Notes under the pieces: model-generated | The model's database searches: none | Seen by the model: only the letters and a program-made list of their open reading frames with translations | What the model was told of the DNA's origin: nothing | Shown here: positions 62,264-64,000 of the stretch, one piece after another | How the letters are laid out: every line of letters begins with the position of its first letter | How positions within the stretch are numbered: the stretch's first letter is position 1 | Translations under genes and position numbers: made by a program | Source: Laetmonice hystrix | Taxonomy: Eukaryota | Length of the DNA stretch: 64,000 nt | Direction of reading: 5' to 3' | Assembly: GCA_965235115.1 (NCBI GenBank) | Contig: OZ249442.1 | Location: 14,818,001-14,882,000 of the forward strand

Positions 62264-63734
62264 CACTGTAAAAAAATTCTCTGTAATTTTACAGTTAATT
62301 TAACTGGCAGCTCAGCTGCCAGTTATATTAACAGTAATTTTACAGATCTGTTAAACGACAGATATATTGTAATGCATTTATACAGAATCCAGTTTTTAAA
62401 CGCCACGTTTGTAAAATAACAAACGCAAATTATTCATTATAACTGAAATACAGTAATGTAATTATACCGAATCCAGTTTATAAACGCTACGTTTGTAAAA
62501 TTACAAAATTACTATAAAGAATATTTACTGTATTTTTACGGTAAATACTGTTAAAAAAATCGTCGATGATAAACGAGAAACAAAAATCTGGCTTTTTAGT
62601 TTAAATACATGTAGGCCTACGTATGGCCTGATTGATAATTTCATTCAAGGTCCATTCAAGGGAAACTCAAACGTCTGCAACCTAAGAGGCTACTCCGCAT
62701 TATAATATAGTCTGCTTTTACAAAGGAGTTAATATTATGTTCTCTAGCGTCCAAAGATGGTGTTTTATGAGAAATTTTAACAAATCCCACTTCATAATTA
62801 GGCCCCTGTTTGACATTCCACTCTACTTACCATCACAAAGAGTGTATTCATATTATTGTTAATTTATGACCACGGTTGCATTAACTGACTATCACAGGTA
62901 TAGGACACTTCGGGGTATAGACAATGAAAGGGGCAGGTGATAGTCATCACGTGACCACTGTGCTGGTTATCCAGTAACGTCTTACGTCCTGTAAATTTAC
63001 AGTTCGTTTATTGTACAGATCGAATACAGCAACAGTAGCTGTCAAACTACAGTAACATTGGCAGTAATTTCCAATAACAGGAGCATGCACTGTTCCTTTT
63101 ACAGTTTTATATCTTGCAAATTTCCATTTTCTTAACAGTGCACACGGGTATTTTATGTATTTAAGTTAAACAAAGGGCCCATTTTTTTTTATGTGTTTAC
63201 GTTGCAATTAGGCCATTTTTTTCATTATTTTGTACATTTAGTGACATTCTACATTATTTTACAAACTTTTTCTGTAAAAACTGGGAAGTAGGCCTAATGC
63301 CAGTTTTTTTTGTAAATTCCTATCATCAGAAATGTATAATAAAATAATTTTTTTTTATAAATTTACCATAATAAAATGTGTAAATAGAGGGCTTACATTA
63401 CACAGCTATTATTATGTGTTATTTTAACAAAGTTCCTCTGTGAAAATTTGGTAATAACAGTATTCTGTAATTTTTATTAACCATTTTCTCAGTTTTTTTC
63501 ACGGTTTTAAGTAATATTACGGAATTTACTACATTTTACCATTGTGTCATAAAGAAATATAGAAAAAACGTAAATTTAACACAAACACTTGTAATTTTAT
63601 AGTAACTATATTGGTAAATGATTTTTACTGTAAAAAGTACTGTATTACTTAACAGATAATTCTACTGTAAAAGAAGTTTACACCAAATTTAATAGTAAAT
63701 TTTGTCTGTTATTTTACGAATATTTTTTACAGTG
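62264..63734. mobile_element. About 1.47-kb non-autonomous CACTG-terminated (EnSpm/CMC-like) element, probably composite
   Basis: TIR CACTGTAAAAAA at both ends flanked by TA (62262-62263, 63735-63736); AT-rich subterminal repeats, 44-bp direct repeat (62380/62463), extra internal end-like TTAACAGTG near 63140. Confidence 0.75.
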
Positions 63735-64000
63735 TAGCTGTAATGGTAACGGTAAGATAAACACGTTCATTATGGGGAGAGATATGACAACCTATAGCCA
63801 CATTGTTATAAGCAGTAGTACACCAATATCATTTGTGCATAGAATCATGGGTGTTTTTCTTTATTTCACTCTTTTGGCCTGTAAATGAAAATGACAATAA
63901 ACTTTTTTTTAAATCCCCTCTGAATAAAAAAAAATGAGTGGTAATAATATTCGGTCGGCCCGTCAGTAAAATAATTCTTCATAATATTAGTTTGTTGTAT

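Overview
Intron-rich animal genomic DNA, probably a marine invertebrate (inference from gene content, intron sizes and MITE types; the taxon cannot be fixed from sequence alone). Seven spliced genes were reconstructed by hand with GT-AG boundaries and phases checked: the 5' part of HYDIN (-), PRELID3B/slowmo (+, head-to-head with HYDIN), VPS4 (+), an ASMT-like class II O-methyltransferase (+), DPM1 (-), THOC6 (+, head-to-head with DPM1) and a BTB-BACK-Kelch gene (+). Introns and spacers hold many non-autonomous DNA transposons. Best candidate for an undescribed system: VPS4 has two tandem 82-nt paralogous exons (23914-23995 and 24692-24773) encoding the sensor-1/arginine-finger segment of the AAA+ domain; their phases force mutually exclusive use and they appear to be an old duplication under purifying selection. 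Also notable: a 5 x 49-bp minisatellite built from the Kelch gene's own 3' splice site, a 1080-bp TGT...ACA foldback element, and strong enrichment of TA-flanked palindromes (TAGGCCTA, TACATGTA, TACCGGTA) resembling transposon excision footprints. No databases were searched; family calls rest on recalled protein motifs.
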